DNA of 64,000 nucleotides from Bacillota bacterium (GTDB lineage Bacteria; Bacillota; Clostridia; TANB77; CAG-508): NCBI GenBank assembly GCA_963928415.1, contig CAWVEX010000003.1, positions 10,632 to 74,631 of the forward strand, read 5' to 3'. Shown piece by piece: positions 63,268 to 64,000 of this stretch (position 1 is its first letter; each line of letters starts with the position of its first letter). The notes under the pieces were generated by a model. It saw only the letters and a program-made list of their open reading frames with translations, ran no database searches and was not told where the DNA came from. The position numbers and the translations under genes were made by a program.

Positions 63268-64000
63268 GTGAGATATAGTGATGAATTATTAGAAGAAATT
63301 AGAATCAGTAATGATATCGTAGATGTTGTATCACAATATGTTACCTTAAAAAGAAGTGGTAGAAACTATTTTGGTTTATGTCCATTTCACAATGAGAAGT
63401 CACCATCATTTTCAGTTTCTCCAGATAAGCAAATATTTCATTGCTTTGGTTGTGGTGTTGGTGGCAATGTTTTTCACTTCATACAAAAAATAGAGAACAT
63501 TAGCTTTGTTGAAAGTGTGCAAATGCTTGCAGAAAGAGCAAATATAAAATTACCAACACTTTCTAATTATGAAGATGAAAAAGTAGCTAAGCTTAAAGCT
63601 AAGGTTTATGATGTAAATCAATTCACTGCTGAATTTTATCATAAAAATTTATATAAACCAGAGTCAAAACAAGGACAAGAATACATAAAAAAACGTAAAT
63701 TGGATAATAATACACTAAAATCGTTTATGATAGGTTATTCTGGAAAATTTGATGAATTATATAGAGCTTTAAGAAAAGAAGGTTTTCAAGATGAAGAAAT
63801 TTTAGCTTCGGGCTTAGTTAATAAATCTAGAGAAGGTATGTACATTGACAGATATCGAAATAGAGTAATGTTTCCAATACAAGATGTTAGAAATAGAGTA
63901 ATAGCTTTTGGTGGAAGGGTTTTAGATGATAGTAAACCTAAGTACATAAATTCACCAGAAAATATTGTATATAGCAAGGGACGTAATTTATTTGGACTAA
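63268..64000 (+). CDS. dnaG: DNA primase DnaG, 5' partial (runs off the window; absent from the ORF track)
   Basis: GTG after AAGAAGGA. RYSDELLEEIRISNDIVDVVSQYVTLKRSGRNYFGLCPFHNEKSPSFSVSPDKQIFHCFGCGVGGNVFHF is the primase zinc-ribbon signature. The frame is open to position 64000. Confidence 0.9.
   Translation, partial: MRYSDELLEEIRISNDIVDVVSQYVTLKRSGRNYFGLCPFHNEKSPSFSVSPDKQIFHCFGCGVGGNVFHFIQKIENISFVESVQMLAERANIKLPTLSNYEDEKVAKLKAKVYDVNQFTAEFYHKNLYKPESKQGQEYIKKRKLDNNTLKSFMIGYSGKFDELYRALRKEGFQDEEILASGLVNKSREGMYIDRYRNRVMFPIQDVRNRVIAFGGRVLDDSKPKYINSPENIVYSKGRNLFGL

Overview
Very AT-rich (by eye about 25-30% GC) chromosomal segment from an endospore-forming Firmicute, Clostridia-like. Sporulation genes (spo0A, spoIVA, a spoIVFB-like protease with an M23 partner, ylbJ, dpaA, a spoVB/MurJ-like flippase) are interspersed with housekeeping genes: hup, murI, mfd, dtd, aspS, the rlmN-PP2C-prkC-rsgA-rpe block, nth, thrS with a T-box leader, carD and the 5' part of dnaG. 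There are two tRNAs, Leu-UAA and a CAU-anticodon tRNA. Almost all genes are on the + strand. No rRNA, CRISPR array, integrase or classical IS transposase was seen. Main points of interest: (1) a complete type IV pilus locus (7.1-16.3 kb: PilM-PilN fusion, PilO-like, PilD, PilB, PilT, PilC). Its pilin-like ORFs all carry a non-canonical KG|ITL leader lacking Glu+5. One is a 75-aa mini-pilin, and a third KGITL protein with a Listeria-Bacteroides repeat lies at 33 kb. (2) An accessory cluster around thrS (49-58.4 kb) holds a HEPN/MNT pair and an Rpn-family nuclease with a candidate intragenic small ORF. It also holds a two-gene operon: an N-terminally truncated ThrRS paralog with degenerate active-site residues and no T-box, followed by a 750-aa coiled-coil protein I cannot assign to any family. 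This operon is my best candidate for an undescribed system. Next to it is a GC-richer single-gene insertion flanked by imperfect direct repeats. (3) A core-only FtsZ paralog next to spo0A lacks the C-terminal linker and anchor peptide. (4) A 23-codon hydrophobic ORF with promoter, SD-occluding hairpin and terminator resembles a type I toxin. (5) A 98-bp element with perfect 31-bp GC-rich inverted arms lies in the spoIVA divergent promoter region. (6) A sortase-like protein has Tyr in place of the catalytic Cys and lies downstream of tandem Spo0A-box-like sites. All functional calls rest on by-eye motif recognition; no searches were run.
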